A DNA stretch of 64,000 nt from an uncultured Clostridia bacterium (GCA_934486735.1 CAKSQL010000005.1:22644-86643), one strand, 5' to 3'. Positions 1 through 9,997 are shown, counted from the first letter of the stretch. Made by a program: numbers and translations. The notes: generated from the letters alone by a model not told the origin.

Positions 1-226
1 ACGCGCTTGTCGCGTTGAGCCGATACAGCTGCTTGCCGGTTTTGGCGGCTATAATGTTCGCCACCGTCGTTTTCCCGGTGCCGCTGGGGCCGTAGAAAAT
101 CATATTCGGGATTTCGCCGCTTTCGATAATGCGCCGCAGGATTCTGCCGTTTCCCAAAAGATGCTTTTGTCCCACGACATTGTCGATACTGCTCGGTCTT
201 ATTCTGTCAGCCAAAGGCGTCGCCAT
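1..226 (-). CDS. rarA: Replication-associated recombination protein A (AAA+ ATPase), N-terminal part; the gene runs off the left edge
   Basis: Hand reverse translation from ATG 226..224 gives MATPLADRIRPSSIDNVVGQKHLLGNGRILRRIIESGEIPNMIFYGPSGTGKTTVANIIAAKTGKQLYRLNATSA. This is a RarA/MgsA-type N-terminus with Walker A GPSGTGKT. It is absent from the ORF track because the window edge truncates it. Confidence 0.85.
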   Translation of the reverse strand, partial: MATPLADRIRPSSIDNVVGQKHLLGNGRILRRIIESGEIPNMIFYGPSGTGKTTVANIIAAKTGKQLYRLNATSA

Positions 227-285
227 TCTTCCACAGCCTTTCTTACGTAGAATATTATACCTATATTTTAACACATGCTTTACTT

Positions 286-308
286 TTTGTCAATCCGCTA
301 TTGACAAA
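286..308. promoter_or_regulatory. Inverted repeat TTTGTCAAT-N5-ATTGACAAA overlapping the -35 of the MATE promoter (candidate repressor operator)
   Basis: Perfect 9-bp arms at 286..294 and 300..308. The right arm contains the TTGACA -35 hexamer. Confidence 0.4.
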
Positions 309-329
309 TTTATCTGCATGTGATACAAT
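301..329 (+). promoter_or_regulatory. Sigma-A-type promoter TTGACA-17-TACAAT with TG extended -10
   Basis: TTGACA at 301..306, a 17-nt spacer, TG at 321..322 and TACAAT at 324..329. It lies about 35 nt upstream of the SD/ATG at 365. Confidence 0.6.
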
Positions 330-364
330 CTATTACACGAATGAAAATCAAGAGGGATAGGAAA

Positions 365-1732
365 ATGGGAAAAGTTTTATCGGAGAATTTTTTCGGTACG
401 GAGCGGATCGGAAAAATTCTTTTTAAAATTGCGCCGCCGGTTATGCTCGCGCAGCTTATCCAAGCGTTTTACAACATAGCGGACAGCTTTTTTGTCGGGA
501 AATATTCAGCCGATGCGCTCACCGCCGTCAGCGTTATATTTCCGCTTCAGCTGATAATAATCGCGCTTGCTGTCGGAACGGGCGTGGGCGTGAATACATA
601 TATGGCGCGCAAGTACGCCGAAAACGACTCTGCCGCCGCAAATTACACAGCCGGGACGGGCATGCTCCTTGCGATACTGTCGTGGGCAGCATTTGCGGTT
701 ATCTCGGCTCTTCTCATGACCCCATATGTAAAGACCTCGGCAAGCGAGCCGGAGGCGATCCGCCAGGCGGTTATATACGGAAATATCGTATGCATAGGCA
801 GCATCGGCACATTTTTGGAAGGCTGCTGGACAAAGGTTCACCAGGCGCGCGGAGGGATGCTGCGCCCCATGCTCGCGCAAATCGCAGGCGCGGTTGTGAA
901 CGTTGTTTTCGATCCGCTTTTAATCTTCGGAATAGGTCCGTTTCCCGAACTCGGAATCGCGGGCGCGGCATACGCAACGGTGTTCGGTCAGTGCATATCG
1001 GCGGTTATAACCTTTCCCGGAGCCTTTTGCGCGCCGCCGAAGCTGTCACAAATCCGAAAATATATCTGCAATATATATTTCTACGGCTATTCGTCGATTT
1101 TTATGCAGTCTTTGTACACCGTCTACATTGCGGGACTGAATATAATTCTCGCAGGCTTTTCCGATGCCGCCGTAACGGTTTTGGGACTTTACTACAAAAT
1201 GCAAAGCTTTTTCTTTATTCCGATAAACGGGCTTGAAACCTGCATTATACCGGTCTTAAGCTTTAATTACACGCGCGGCTGCTACAGCCGATGCCGCGAA
1301 ACAATGAAGTATTCTTTCTTGATTGCGCTCGCATTTATGGCTTTGGGGACGCTTTGCTTTGTCTTTATCCCCGTTCCGATGATCAGGCTCTTTTCATCGT
1401 CCGCGCAGGTTATCGAAATAGGGAAAATCGCATTTCCGATAATCGGAGCAAGCTTTATGCCGGCTGTCTTTTCGCTTATTATGCCGGTGTTTTTCCAGGC
1501 AATCGGCAATGGGCTTGTCAGCTCGCTCTTGTCGCTTGTACGCCAGGTTGTGTGCCTTTTGCCGATATTTTGGCTGCTGTCCAAAATCGGACTTAACTAC
1601 ACCTGGATGTCCTTTCCGATATCCGAAACTCTCACCGATATAGCATGTCTTACGCTTTATTTCAGAGAAATACGAAAGTGGAAAAAAATCCGCAGTTCTG
1701 ATATTCCCGAAAAAGAACCATGCAGGAATTAA
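365..1732 (+). CDS. MATE family efflux transporter
   Basis: ORF 320..1732 is polytopic and hydrophobic, with the MATE-like N-terminus LFKIAPPVMLAQLIQAFYNIADSFFVGK. I moved the start to ATG 365, which has the SD AGAGGGATAGG. ATG 320 lies inside the promoter spacer. Confidence 0.8.
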   Translation: MGKVLSENFFGTERIGKILFKIAPPVMLAQLIQAFYNIADSFFVGKYSADALTAVSVIFPLQLIIIALAVGTGVGVNTYMARKYAENDSAAANYTAGTGMLLAILSWAAFAVISALLMTPYVKTSASEPEAIRQAVIYGNIVCIGSIGTFLEGCWTKVHQARGGMLRPMLAQIAGAVVNVVFDPLLIFGIGPFPELGIAGAAYATVFGQCISAVITFPGAFCAPPKLSQIRKYICNIYFYGYSSIFMQSLYTVYIAGLNIILAGFSDAAVTVLGLYYKMQSFFFIPINGLETCIIPVLSFNYTRGCYSRCRETMKYSFLIALAFMALGTLCFVFIPVPMIRLFSSSAQVIEIGKIAFPIIGASFMPAVFSLIMPVFFQAIGNGLVSSLLSLVRQVVCLLPIFWLLSKIGLNYTWMSFPISETLTDIACLTLYFREIRKWKKIRSSDIPEKEPCRN

Positions 1733-1734
1733 AA

Positions 1735-1784
1735 ATACAAATACACCGCCCGGAGCGCATTTGCTCCGGGCGGTGTATTTGTAT
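1735..1784. terminator. Bidirectional intrinsic terminator between convergent genes
   Basis: Perfect 22-bp stem (1735..1756 with 1763..1784) and a 6-nt loop. The core is GC-rich (CACCGCCCGGAGC) and the stem ends are A/T-rich on both strands. Confidence 0.8.
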
Positions 1785-1851
1785 ATGGTACAAAACAGAT
1801 TAAAAATCTGCTTTTTAAATTCATCTTATCATCAAAATGTTCTGTATTTTT

Positions 1852-3291
1852 TTAATCGGTCGGCTTTACGGTGTACACCTTTCTGCCGCCATGACCGCCG
1901 AAAATCTGCCATGTTCCCGCGCCGAGACGTGCAAAAATCGCCTTCCTCTCACGCGCGCACAACTCCGGGTCGGTATCGACCGACGTCATCAGAATCGGCG
2001 CGTATCGGTTATACTCTGCCTGCCCGGCAAGCATATTCTTCATATTAATAAATATATCTCCGCTGAAAACAACCCTGTTTTCGTAATCGATCAGAACCGA
2101 TTCGCCCGGCAGATGTCCGCCGCCGCCCCGGTACAGTTCAAAGTGCAGCTCACCAAAATCGAAGCTGCCCGTCCGCACCAATGCGCCGTCGCCGCTCCGC
2201 TCGCCTCCGACAATTTTTATCTTCTCCGGCTCAACCGGCTTATACGATGTCAAAATTTTGCATATCTGAATATACGGCTTGTGCAGGGGGTTCTGCTCTC
2301 GGTAGCCGTTCCCGTTTTCATGCTCGAGCCTTAAGCACTCGGCTGTGTCCGCACCTGCGTAAACTGTGTCAAACTCGGGCAGCAGTCCGCAATGGTCAAC
2401 ATCGGCATGGGTCACAAACACCTGCTTTTTTGTATTGTCAAAATCCGGGATAATCTCTCGGAATATCTTCATCATTTCATCCCGGCAATAGGCATAGCCG
2501 GTATCGACAAAAAGGCACTCGCCGCCGCTTCTTATTATCGCCGTATTACTTCCGCACTGCGGCTCGATTAAGACAATATCGGTCTTTTGCGTGACACGAT
2601 ACACCGATATGCGCGGCACATAGTCCGCTCCGCGCGCCTTTGAAAGCAGTTCGCAGAATCTGCTTATACTGTCAAAGGTGCGATAGGGCGACACACCCGA
2701 TTCGTCCAGCTGCTGCATTGCGAGATTGGTATTTACCAAAAGCGCCTCCCTCGAATCCTGCGATATCTGCATGAGCGACGAAAGCTCATCGACAAAATGC
2801 CGATAAAAAAGACTGTTGTCATAAATTTTGTCCGCGTGGTTGTAGTCGATGACGCGAACCTCGCAAAGCGTTCTTGCCTCGTTTAAAAAATCGTTGATTT
2901 TCTCCGCACCCTCGGCAACGATTCCCATTTTGAAGTATTGATATTCCGAACCGTCCTCCTGCGAACTGATATACGAAATGTTAAAGCTGTATTTGCTTAT
3001 CAGCTCCAAAATTCCGACAACGCCGCCGGGGACATCCTTTAGCTTAAACTCGGTCAGAATTATGCTCCTGACGTCCTCGTCGCATTGCAGATACCCGATT
3101 TTTTCAAGCTTTTCCGAAACCGTTTTAAGTTTTTGGGCCGTACCCTCCGCATCGATAAAAAGCATATGCGAATCCACCGCCTTGTTGTAGCTTACGCGCG
3201 TGATGTTCACACCGTTCGCTGCGAAACAGCGGCTCGCCTTTAAAAATGCGCCGATATGGTTCGGCATGACAGTAACAAATGTCTTTTTCAT
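1852..3291 (-). CDS. ACT-domain / MBL-fold metallo-hydrolase-like protein
   Basis: ORF 1852..3345. The start was moved to MKKTFVTVMPNHIGAFL (ATG 3291, SD GGGGA). The N-terminal half is ACT-like. The C-terminal half carries THADVDHCG and later His/Asp residues typical of the metallo-beta-lactamase fold. Confidence 0.6.
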   Translation of the reverse strand: MKKTFVTVMPNHIGAFLKASRCFAANGVNITRVSYNKAVDSHMLFIDAEGTAQKLKTVSEKLEKIGYLQCDEDVRSIILTEFKLKDVPGGVVGILELISKYSFNISYISSQEDGSEYQYFKMGIVAEGAEKINDFLNEARTLCEVRVIDYNHADKIYDNSLFYRHFVDELSSLMQISQDSREALLVNTNLAMQQLDESGVSPYRTFDSISRFCELLSKARGADYVPRISVYRVTQKTDIVLIEPQCGSNTAIIRSGGECLFVDTGYAYCRDEMMKIFREIIPDFDNTKKQVFVTHADVDHCGLLPEFDTVYAGADTAECLRLEHENGNGYREQNPLHKPYIQICKILTSYKPVEPEKIKIVGGERSGDGALVRTGSFDFGELHFELYRGGGGHLPGESVLIDYENRVVFSGDIFINMKNMLAGQAEYNRYAPILMTSVDTDPELCARERKAIFARLGAGTWQIFGGHGGRKVYTVKPTD

Positions 3292-3555
3292 CAGAAATCC
3301 CCAATCTTTTAATTTCAAAATTCCGTCTAAATTCCTATGATTCATTAACCGGCTTGCCGGTCATATGCTCGGGCGAAAGCTCCGGGCAGCGCACATTTTG
3401 GCAAACTTCCTCAATTCCCCCTCGGCTCTTTTTTCAATATCTCAACACATTCTTCGTCCGAAAGCTGCTGCTTTTTTCTTCTCATTTCTCTGAACATTCC
3501 AAAACCTTATCATTTCGATCCCTTTTCCTCCCTATATTATACCACACACCAAAAA

Positions 3556-3583
3556 AGAAAGCAATCGTTTCCGACCGCTTTCT
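3556..3583 (-). terminator. Intrinsic terminator ending the long minus-strand locus
   Basis: Stem AGAAAGC/GCTTTCT with a 14-nt loop, followed on the minus strand by a U-run (plus-strand A-run 3551..3556). It lies 17 nt after the stop at 3600. Confidence 0.6.
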
Positions 3584-3599
3584 CTTTTTTGCACAAAGC

Positions 3600-6500
3600 T
3601 TATTTTTTCATATTGACCGGTACGAACCAACCGCCCCAGCCGAACGTTTTATCTCTGTCGCCGTCATAGTCTCTTATCGAGAATGTAAGGTTACATTCCT
3701 TGTTATTTTCCATTACCTCGGGACTTATAATTTCAGTCCAGGGCAGGCGAACCTCGTAAACCGTAACATTATCCTTGCGCACAATCTCCGCCTTAACGCC
3801 ATCCTCGCTTTGAGGAATAACTCCGCCGACAACGATATCGAACATCTGCGACCAGTTGCGGTAAACAACCGCTTTTCTGTCCGCATCCGTGTAATTTTCG
3901 TTATCGAAGAAATCGCTCAGTGCAATATCGATTCTGGTATCGTGTCTTTGCGTTGTGGTCGGCTTCAATTCGATGAACAGATGGTCCTCATAATAGAATC
4001 TTACCGGGTCCTGCTTTTGGAAATGTACGTCGTCATAAACTATCGCCGCCGCATAGAGATACTTTTCATCCCACTGTGCGTAGATTGTTCCCGAAAAATC
4101 CTCTTTGCCTCCGTAATCGGCATCTGCGCCGAAGGTCTCTCTTTCGGCCACACCGGCAGTAACAACACCCTGAGAGCCGTAGGAAACCTGGCTCTTGTCA
4201 AAGCTTGTCATCTTGTAGTCTTTCCACTCGTCCTCGTTGATAACTCCGTCAATCACCGGAGCCGCACCCCTGACCTTGTTTATCGGCATAATCGCGGTTT
4301 TTGAGCGGCTCTTATATCCGTACGACCTCGGCGCGTCACCGAGTGCGAACGAAACCTCCTCACCGTCATCGAGCACCAACCGTCCGCTGTAGAGCTGATA
4401 TCCATGTCCGAATTTTGGCGGAATGTTGAACGAAAATTCTTTTTCTTCCCCTGCCGCGATTTGCGGAACGGTTATATCGTCCACGCCCATATTCTCGGGA
4501 GTGTCCATAACAAGCTTTCCGGAAATCGGCTTATCCGGATTGTTGTTGCGAACCTTGATTACCGCTTTCCAATAGGTCAGATTTGTTTCGTCATACGGCT
4601 CGGCTATCATTGAAACGTCTGCCTCGGGATAGACATACTCAACAGGCAGCGCCAAAGCTGCGATTGTCTTTCCGTCCTTTTTAACCTCGGCATTGACAAA
4701 ATCGCGGTAGAGCTGTGTTCCGAAATCGTGCCTGCGCTCGGTATATGCAACATCGGCGGTATTTCCGTAGCCGGTCTTGTCAAAATGAATCTCCGGCATT
4801 TCGTTCACAGTCACGCCGATTGTCGTATTGTTCCCGTTCTGCTCCTTTTTAAGGCTGACATTCGAATTTCCGACGGCGCTCACTGCCGCGCCCTCCGGGA
4901 TTGTCAGTCCAAAGCTGCTGCTTGAATTTTTGGTAAGTTCCATCATGGTTTTATCGAGCGTAACCACCGGCTCACATTCCTCAAAGGAATCGCCCTCATA
5001 AAGGAAATAGGTCGGCTCATCGGTCAGCAGGAATGTGAAGCGCCCGTCATCCGACGAAAGCTCGGTCGGATTTCCGTACATATCATACATCGTTCCGCCG
5101 TTTGCACCCAGATTCAGCGAAAGCATATTCTGACTGCGGTCTGCGTACATCATCAAAACGTGCTTTCCGTCGGTTCTTTTATATCGGTACGCATAAGTCG
5201 TACCATTTTTGATATCGCTTTCATATTCCGCATTCTCTGTCATTGCGATATAGTTCGCTACAGCAAGATATGCCGCTTTTGCTCCGTTTGCATCGTCCAC
5301 ATACGGTCCGTGCAGGATTCCGAAATAGCTTTCTATATCGCCCGGATTTGTTTCTATCGTCTGGAGCTGATAGAAGAACATTTTATCAAAGTATTTCTTT
5401 GTAGCCAGTATCGGGAAATGGCGGACAAGATTCACCGCGTGCTGCTGCTCGGTTGAATATGACGCATGGCTCGCGGTGTTTCCCTCGGTAATCCACATCG
5501 GCATATCGCCGCAGCCTGCGCGCTCCATACCGTCGCGCACCTCTTGGCAATAGTCCTCAAACTTCTTTGTCTCGGGCGTGCCTGCCTCCTGGTAAAGGTG
5601 AATTGCCAACGCATCGCAGGATTTTCCGCCCGGAGTCTTTAAGTATCTGTACACCCAGTCCGCGGCACTTCTTGAAAGACCGTTCGACAAGACTGTACAA
5701 TCCGGATTTCCCTTTTTAAGACCGCGGTATGCAGCCTGGCTGACCTTTGCGTAATCCTCCGGTGATAAATCCTGGATTCGGCTGAAGTTTATCTCATTTC
5801 CCAGCTCAAAGGTATCAATTTCACCCTTGTATCCGCTTGCCACCTTTTCGCTCCAGGTCTCAATCAGCTGCAATGCCTCGGGAGACGCCGCCGCCTCCTT
5901 GACAGTCATGCTCTTGCCGCCGAGCGCATCGTCTATTCCCAGATAATAAATAAGGTTATTTTTAATGCCGAGTTTGGTATTCATTCTGAAAAATTCCGGG
6001 GTTTTTCCCTCCGCTTCGGCTTTGTGTATATCTCCGCTCTTGGCTCTGCTGCCCACGCTGCCGCCGTCGGTTCGGGTGTAGCCGATACCTGCGACATCGA
6101 ACGCGTGCACAACATCGTCCCATGTTGTATGGCGTCCCGGGTGGGTACATGCGCCTATGTCATAGTTTTTGTAGCCGTAGGTCGGCGTGTTGACATAGCT
6201 GAACTCACGCTTTATCGCCGACGGGAGGATTTTCTCATCGGTCGGTGTCGCGCTGACATTAAGAGTGTATATATCGAATTTTTTCACCTTCGGGTGCAGC
6301 TCCTCTATAGTTGAAGTCGTTCCGTCAAGCGTAACCGCCTTTGTGTCCTTTCTCCATACCTCGTCACCGCGCCAATTTTTCACAACATAGGAAATGTCAT
6401 ATTCAACCGTCTGTTCAAGCAGATTTTTCTGCTCAACGCTCAGAACAACCTCGTCGTTCTTTGTGAAGATATTTCCCGAATAGGGCGATGAAATATTCAA

Positions 6501-7256
6501 GTCGATTGCACTTCCGAACTCGTCCGGATACACAATTCCCATGCCCTTTAATTCCTCGCCCAGTGCAGGCGAGAACTTATACAATGCCAGGTTGTCAAGG
6601 CTTGTGATCTGTGTTGCGGCAGACTGCACCATGAAGCATATTCCGTACATCTCTCGGCTTATCGAAATACGGCTGCAAAAATTATTGTTTATATATAGGT
6701 ACATAAGCCGCTTATCCAAATCCATGTACATGGCAGCGTTTGCCCATTCTCCGGCTGTGTATGCCTGTGCACCGACTATCGACCAGTTGGAGTTATATCC
6801 CGCTTTGTTTTTGTACAAGCCGAAGCTGTGCTGAAAATTCGAGGTATTGTTGATATAGTCGCCCTTGCCGGTGATATCCTGTCTCAGATAGAACCAGTCT
6901 CCGATTTCCGAACGTTTAAAATCGAAGGTCAGAAGATATTTTCCGCCCTTAATCGGATTTTCAAACGTCTTTGTGATTCGTCCGTTTCCGCTCACGCTGA
7001 AATATCTGCCATGCGCGCCGTCCTCCTCCTCGGCTATTACGCTCAGAGCCGAGGTTATATTGCTGAATCCATGACTGTTCCGCTCGTAGTTTGTGAGTCC
7101 GTCAAAGTTCATCAAAAATTCCGGAGTCACCGAGGTGATTTTATCGGCATAACATTCGCCTGCCGGATTTTGTTCTGTCTCCTGTGCCATTATCGGAGTA
7201 ACCGCTCCGACAAGCAGGGCGAGCGTAAGAAAAATACTGAAAATTCTTTTTCTCAT
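3600..7256 (-). CDS. Secreted multidomain putative glycoside hydrolase (divergent lectin-like module + clan GH-A-like TIM barrel + Ig-like modules + C-terminal CBM9/DOMON-like module), 1218 aa
   Basis: The start was moved to MRKRIFSIFLTLALLVGAVTPIMAQE (signal peptide; SD GGGGGGA). The TIM-barrel signatures are GACTHPGR, FELGNEINF (acid/base) and MWITEGN (nucleophile). The C-terminus reads APVIDGVINEDEW...YAQWDEKYLYAAAIVYDD. Confidence 0.65.
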   Translation of the reverse strand: MRKRIFSIFLTLALLVGAVTPIMAQETEQNPAGECYADKITSVTPEFLMNFDGLTNYERNSHGFSNITSALSVIAEEEDGAHGRYFSVSGNGRITKTFENPIKGGKYLLTFDFKRSEIGDWFYLRQDITGKGDYINNTSNFQHSFGLYKNKAGYNSNWSIVGAQAYTAGEWANAAMYMDLDKRLMYLYINNNFCSRISISREMYGICFMVQSAATQITSLDNLALYKFSPALGEELKGMGIVYPDEFGSAIDLNISSPYSGNIFTKNDEVVLSVEQKNLLEQTVEYDISYVVKNWRGDEVWRKDTKAVTLDGTTSTIEELHPKVKKFDIYTLNVSATPTDEKILPSAIKREFSYVNTPTYGYKNYDIGACTHPGRHTTWDDVVHAFDVAGIGYTRTDGGSVGSRAKSGDIHKAEAEGKTPEFFRMNTKLGIKNNLIYYLGIDDALGGKSMTVKEAAASPEALQLIETWSEKVASGYKGEIDTFELGNEINFSRIQDLSPEDYAKVSQAAYRGLKKGNPDCTVLSNGLSRSAADWVYRYLKTPGGKSCDALAIHLYQEAGTPETKKFEDYCQEVRDGMERAGCGDMPMWITEGNTASHASYSTEQQHAVNLVRHFPILATKKYFDKMFFYQLQTIETNPGDIESYFGILHGPYVDDANGAKAAYLAVANYIAMTENAEYESDIKNGTTYAYRYKRTDGKHVLMMYADRSQNMLSLNLGANGGTMYDMYGNPTELSSDDGRFTFLLTDEPTYFLYEGDSFEECEPVVTLDKTMMELTKNSSSSFGLTIPEGAAVSAVGNSNVSLKKEQNGNNTTIGVTVNEMPEIHFDKTGYGNTADVAYTERRHDFGTQLYRDFVNAEVKKDGKTIAALALPVEYVYPEADVSMIAEPYDETNLTYWKAVIKVRNNNPDKPISGKLVMDTPENMGVDDITVPQIAAGEEKEFSFNIPPKFGHGYQLYSGRLVLDDGEEVSFALGDAPRSYGYKSRSKTAIMPINKVRGAAPVIDGVINEDEWKDYKMTSFDKSQVSYGSQGVVTAGVAERETFGADADYGGKEDFSGTIYAQWDEKYLYAAAIVYDDVHFQKQDPVRFYYEDHLFIELKPTTTQRHDTRIDIALSDFFDNENYTDADRKAVVYRNWSQMFDIVVGGVIPQSEDGVKAEIVRKDNVTVYEVRLPWTEIISPEVMENNKECNLTFSIRDYDGDRDKTFGWGGWFVPVNMKK

Positions 7257-7267
7257 ACAAGTCCCCC

Positions 7268-9997
7268 CTATCGATAGATTACGCCGCCGTAGAATATTCC
7301 GAGCCATGTGAATACAAGATAATCACGTGCTTTTTCGTATCCGTCCGCATCTGCCGGGATGATATCGTCAAATGTTCCTCTTGTAATCTTTATCTTGCCG
7401 CCCTTATCCTCGGCAATGTAGACAATTCCGCCCGACTTCACCGCGCTGTAGCTTGCTCTCCAGGTGCTGTTCGGCGCATAGTCCGCCTTCGAAAGCGGCG
7501 TGAACGAAACGCTCATCATTTCGCTGTCGGTATACTTCACAAACGCATGCGCAACCGAAACCCGCTCGCCGTAGGTGTGTTCTGCGCCTTTGAGCCAGCC
7601 GTAGGTCGGAGTTGACGACTTCTTCTCCTCGGAATAATCATATACAATCAAAATCTTTGTTGTGAGATCGTTCGCGCCGTAGATATAACGAATCACGTCG
7701 CCTGCCTCAACCTGTGCAGGAACAAGATTTCCGTCCTTGTCATACTTTTGGCACTCAAAGCCGCTTTCCTCCTTGGAAGTAAGAGTTATCTTTCTGCCGT
7801 TGTTGAACTCATGAGCGTCAACGTACCACTTGATTTCCTCATTCTTATCAATCGCCTGGTACACCTTTTCGACAATCGCCGAGTTCCTCGAGTATGAGCC
7901 TGTGCTCATTCCGTAGACAACCAACACATCCTCCGAACCCATGGATTTGTCTATTCTGAACGCTTCGATATCGTAATTATTATCTCCGAAATAGCTGCCC
8001 GAAACAAGCATAAAGTCGTCCGCGTCCGCACCGGTAAGCTCGTCATGCTTCGGCACTACAAATATTTTCGCCTTGCCGCTTCTGACAAAATTTCCGCCGA
8101 AATTGTGCGAGTTCCAGTAATAGTAGCGCGACGCCCTGTCGTACGTTCTGTGCAGATTCAGCTTGCCCTCGGCATTGTCGTCCGAGTACTCGGTATCGAC
8201 CGACTTAATCTCGCCGTCCGAATTTGTTCTGAATCTCAAAATCTGTCCGTTCACCGAATCCTCGCCGGTTGTGAGCGTCTTTTGATATTTCTTTACCTTG
8301 TCAATCGCATTCAAAACCTCGCTTGTATGCTCGCACTTTACTCCGTCGATTGTAACGCGGTCGGAAAGCAGGTAGTTTCTCACCAGTCCGCCGTCGTCGT
8401 ATAAGCGGAAGCCAATGCGGTCGTCGTCCTCCTCGGGATGGTAAGTTCTGATTAAATATCCGAACTGCCACGAGCCGCTCACTGCTTTGAAGTCGATATA
8501 TGCGATTCTGCCTGCCGCGTCAATCCAGTATGTAACACTGCTGCCTATTTCCGGCTTGTAAGCATTCACGCTCTTGTTTATGTCGAGGCATGCCTCGTAA
8601 TACTCATTATCGATTTTATATTGATTCTTGTCCTGTTCGTTCTTACCCAAAACTATGTAGTGGTCGTAATCATCGTGTTCCATGCTGAAAATAATTCCGG
8701 TATTCTGATTGCGGCACACAACCGCCTTTACATAGTTTTTCGATTCGTAAACGCTGACAACATCGCCCTTTTGCAGGTCGTCAAAGGACAGTTTTGTCCC
8801 GGTCGTGTCGCAGATGTAGACTATTCTGTCGTCCGGGTCAAGCTCGACCTTTTTATCCGGGACAAGCTCGTCATAGATAAGCAGGTCGTTTTTGGATATT
8901 CTCGATACCACGATATTGTCGTAGTCCCAGATGAAGAAAAAGTCGTAATCGCCGTTGCCGTCTGTGTCAACGCACCGGATTTTGCCCTTTTTCACATCGA
9001 ACGCATTGACTATGTTGCGGCTCTCCATTGTGCCGTTCTTGATAACCTCCGCGCCGCTCGGAACCTTGATTTTCTTTTCCGCGTCGCCGTCTGTGTACCA
9101 AATTTCGCCGTCCGAGAACTCGACAAAATCATCTGTCGAAATCTCAAAAACCTTGCTCTTGTCCTTGCCCGATACGAGATAGAATATCTCGGGCGTTACA
9201 TTGTCGTTCACCTGTTTGTAAAAAAACGAAATCGTTCTTCCGAGCTTGTCGGAAATGTCTATGTCCGAAAGATAATTGTCACCGTCAATCACAACTGTTT
9301 TCTCGTTCTTGTTGGCATCGCCGTACATCGATATGCCCGATGCCTCGGTCAAAAGACCGGTATAACTGTAGATGTCGTAATAATAGGAAAGGATTGTGCG
9401 CCAGTCTCCGTCCTTGCTCTTTTCGTCGCAGAACGGCGCCTGAATCGTTTCATATATAAGCTTCATCGCTTCTCTTTTTGTAAGCTTTTTGCTTGCGCTG
9501 CCGACATTTATTCCCAGGTAGTCCGCCGCTTTCATATATGAATTGGGGAACTCGCCGAGGGTCTCGGCATATTTTCCGTAGCCCAGGAGCATGACAACAA
9601 GCTTTGTCGCCTCTCCGACAGTGATTTTGTCCTTGGGACGGAAATTTTTCGTCTCGTCCTTTGAGATAATGTCCATCTCAAAAAGCTCGTTTATCGAGTC
9701 CGCCGCCCAATGGTCCATCGGCACATCGGTGAAATATCTCTTTGCCTTTTCGCTTTTCCACCTCACTACGATATTTGCCAGATACATGATAAATTCGGCG
9801 CGGGTAAGCTCGTCGTCCATTTCCTCCGACTTCGGCGCGGAGTCGATAATTTCAAGCTTTTGCAGCAAGCCGATCTGCTCGCTCTCTGTCGCGCGCAGAA
9901 CCTTGCTTTCCGCAGCCGATGCCGGCATGCAAATCATTCCGATCAGCATCGCCGCCGTTAATATCACCGATAAAAATTTTCTCATTTTTATAACCAT
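7268..9997 (-). CDS. S-layer-homology (SLH) domain wall-anchored protein, 909 aa; the rest has unknown function
   Basis: Signal peptide ...MICMPASAAE. N-terminal SLH-type repeats are present (LTRAEFIMYLANIV, FTDVPMDHWAADSINELFEMDIISKDETKNFRPKDKITVGEATKLVVMLLGY). The alternative start is the second ATG at 9985. The first 4 codons lie inside the shared repeat element. Confidence 0.7.
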   Translation of the reverse strand: MVIKMRKFLSVILTAAMLIGMICMPASAAESKVLRATESEQIGLLQKLEIIDSAPKSEEMDDELTRAEFIMYLANIVVRWKSEKAKRYFTDVPMDHWAADSINELFEMDIISKDETKNFRPKDKITVGEATKLVVMLLGYGKYAETLGEFPNSYMKAADYLGINVGSASKKLTKREAMKLIYETIQAPFCDEKSKDGDWRTILSYYYDIYSYTGLLTEASGISMYGDANKNEKTVVIDGDNYLSDIDISDKLGRTISFFYKQVNDNVTPEIFYLVSGKDKSKVFEISTDDFVEFSDGEIWYTDGDAEKKIKVPSGAEVIKNGTMESRNIVNAFDVKKGKIRCVDTDGNGDYDFFFIWDYDNIVVSRISKNDLLIYDELVPDKKVELDPDDRIVYICDTTGTKLSFDDLQKGDVVSVYESKNYVKAVVCRNQNTGIIFSMEHDDYDHYIVLGKNEQDKNQYKIDNEYYEACLDINKSVNAYKPEIGSSVTYWIDAAGRIAYIDFKAVSGSWQFGYLIRTYHPEEDDDRIGFRLYDDGGLVRNYLLSDRVTIDGVKCEHTSEVLNAIDKVKKYQKTLTTGEDSVNGQILRFRTNSDGEIKSVDTEYSDDNAEGKLNLHRTYDRASRYYYWNSHNFGGNFVRSGKAKIFVVPKHDELTGADADDFMLVSGSYFGDNNYDIEAFRIDKSMGSEDVLVVYGMSTGSYSRNSAIVEKVYQAIDKNEEIKWYVDAHEFNNGRKITLTSKEESGFECQKYDKDGNLVPAQVEAGDVIRYIYGANDLTTKILIVYDYSEEKKSSTPTYGWLKGAEHTYGERVSVAHAFVKYTDSEMMSVSFTPLSKADYAPNSTWRASYSAVKSGGIVYIAEDKGGKIKITRGTFDDIIPADADGYEKARDYLVFTWLGIFYGGVIYR

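Noticed and set aside
320-364. The upstream 15 codons of the ORF-track MATE ORF (start at 320).
   Set aside because: ATG 320 sits inside the spacer/-10 of the predicted promoter (301..329) and has no SD. ATG 365 is preceded by AGAGGGATAGG.
3279-4304. A 341-aa plus-strand ORF, together with the other long antisense ORFs (for example 8621..9541, 11958..12569, 12188..12850, 12466..13134, 15088..15777, 21177..21866, 22985..23800, 27114..28208, 28931..30004, 35771..36469, 46126..46857, 48787..50271, 58172..58861, 59485..60197).
   Set aside because: Each lies opposite a gene with strong motif support. Their products are low-complexity (Arg/Cys/Ser/Phe-rich), lack SD sites and show no recognisable motifs. 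They are shadow ORFs.
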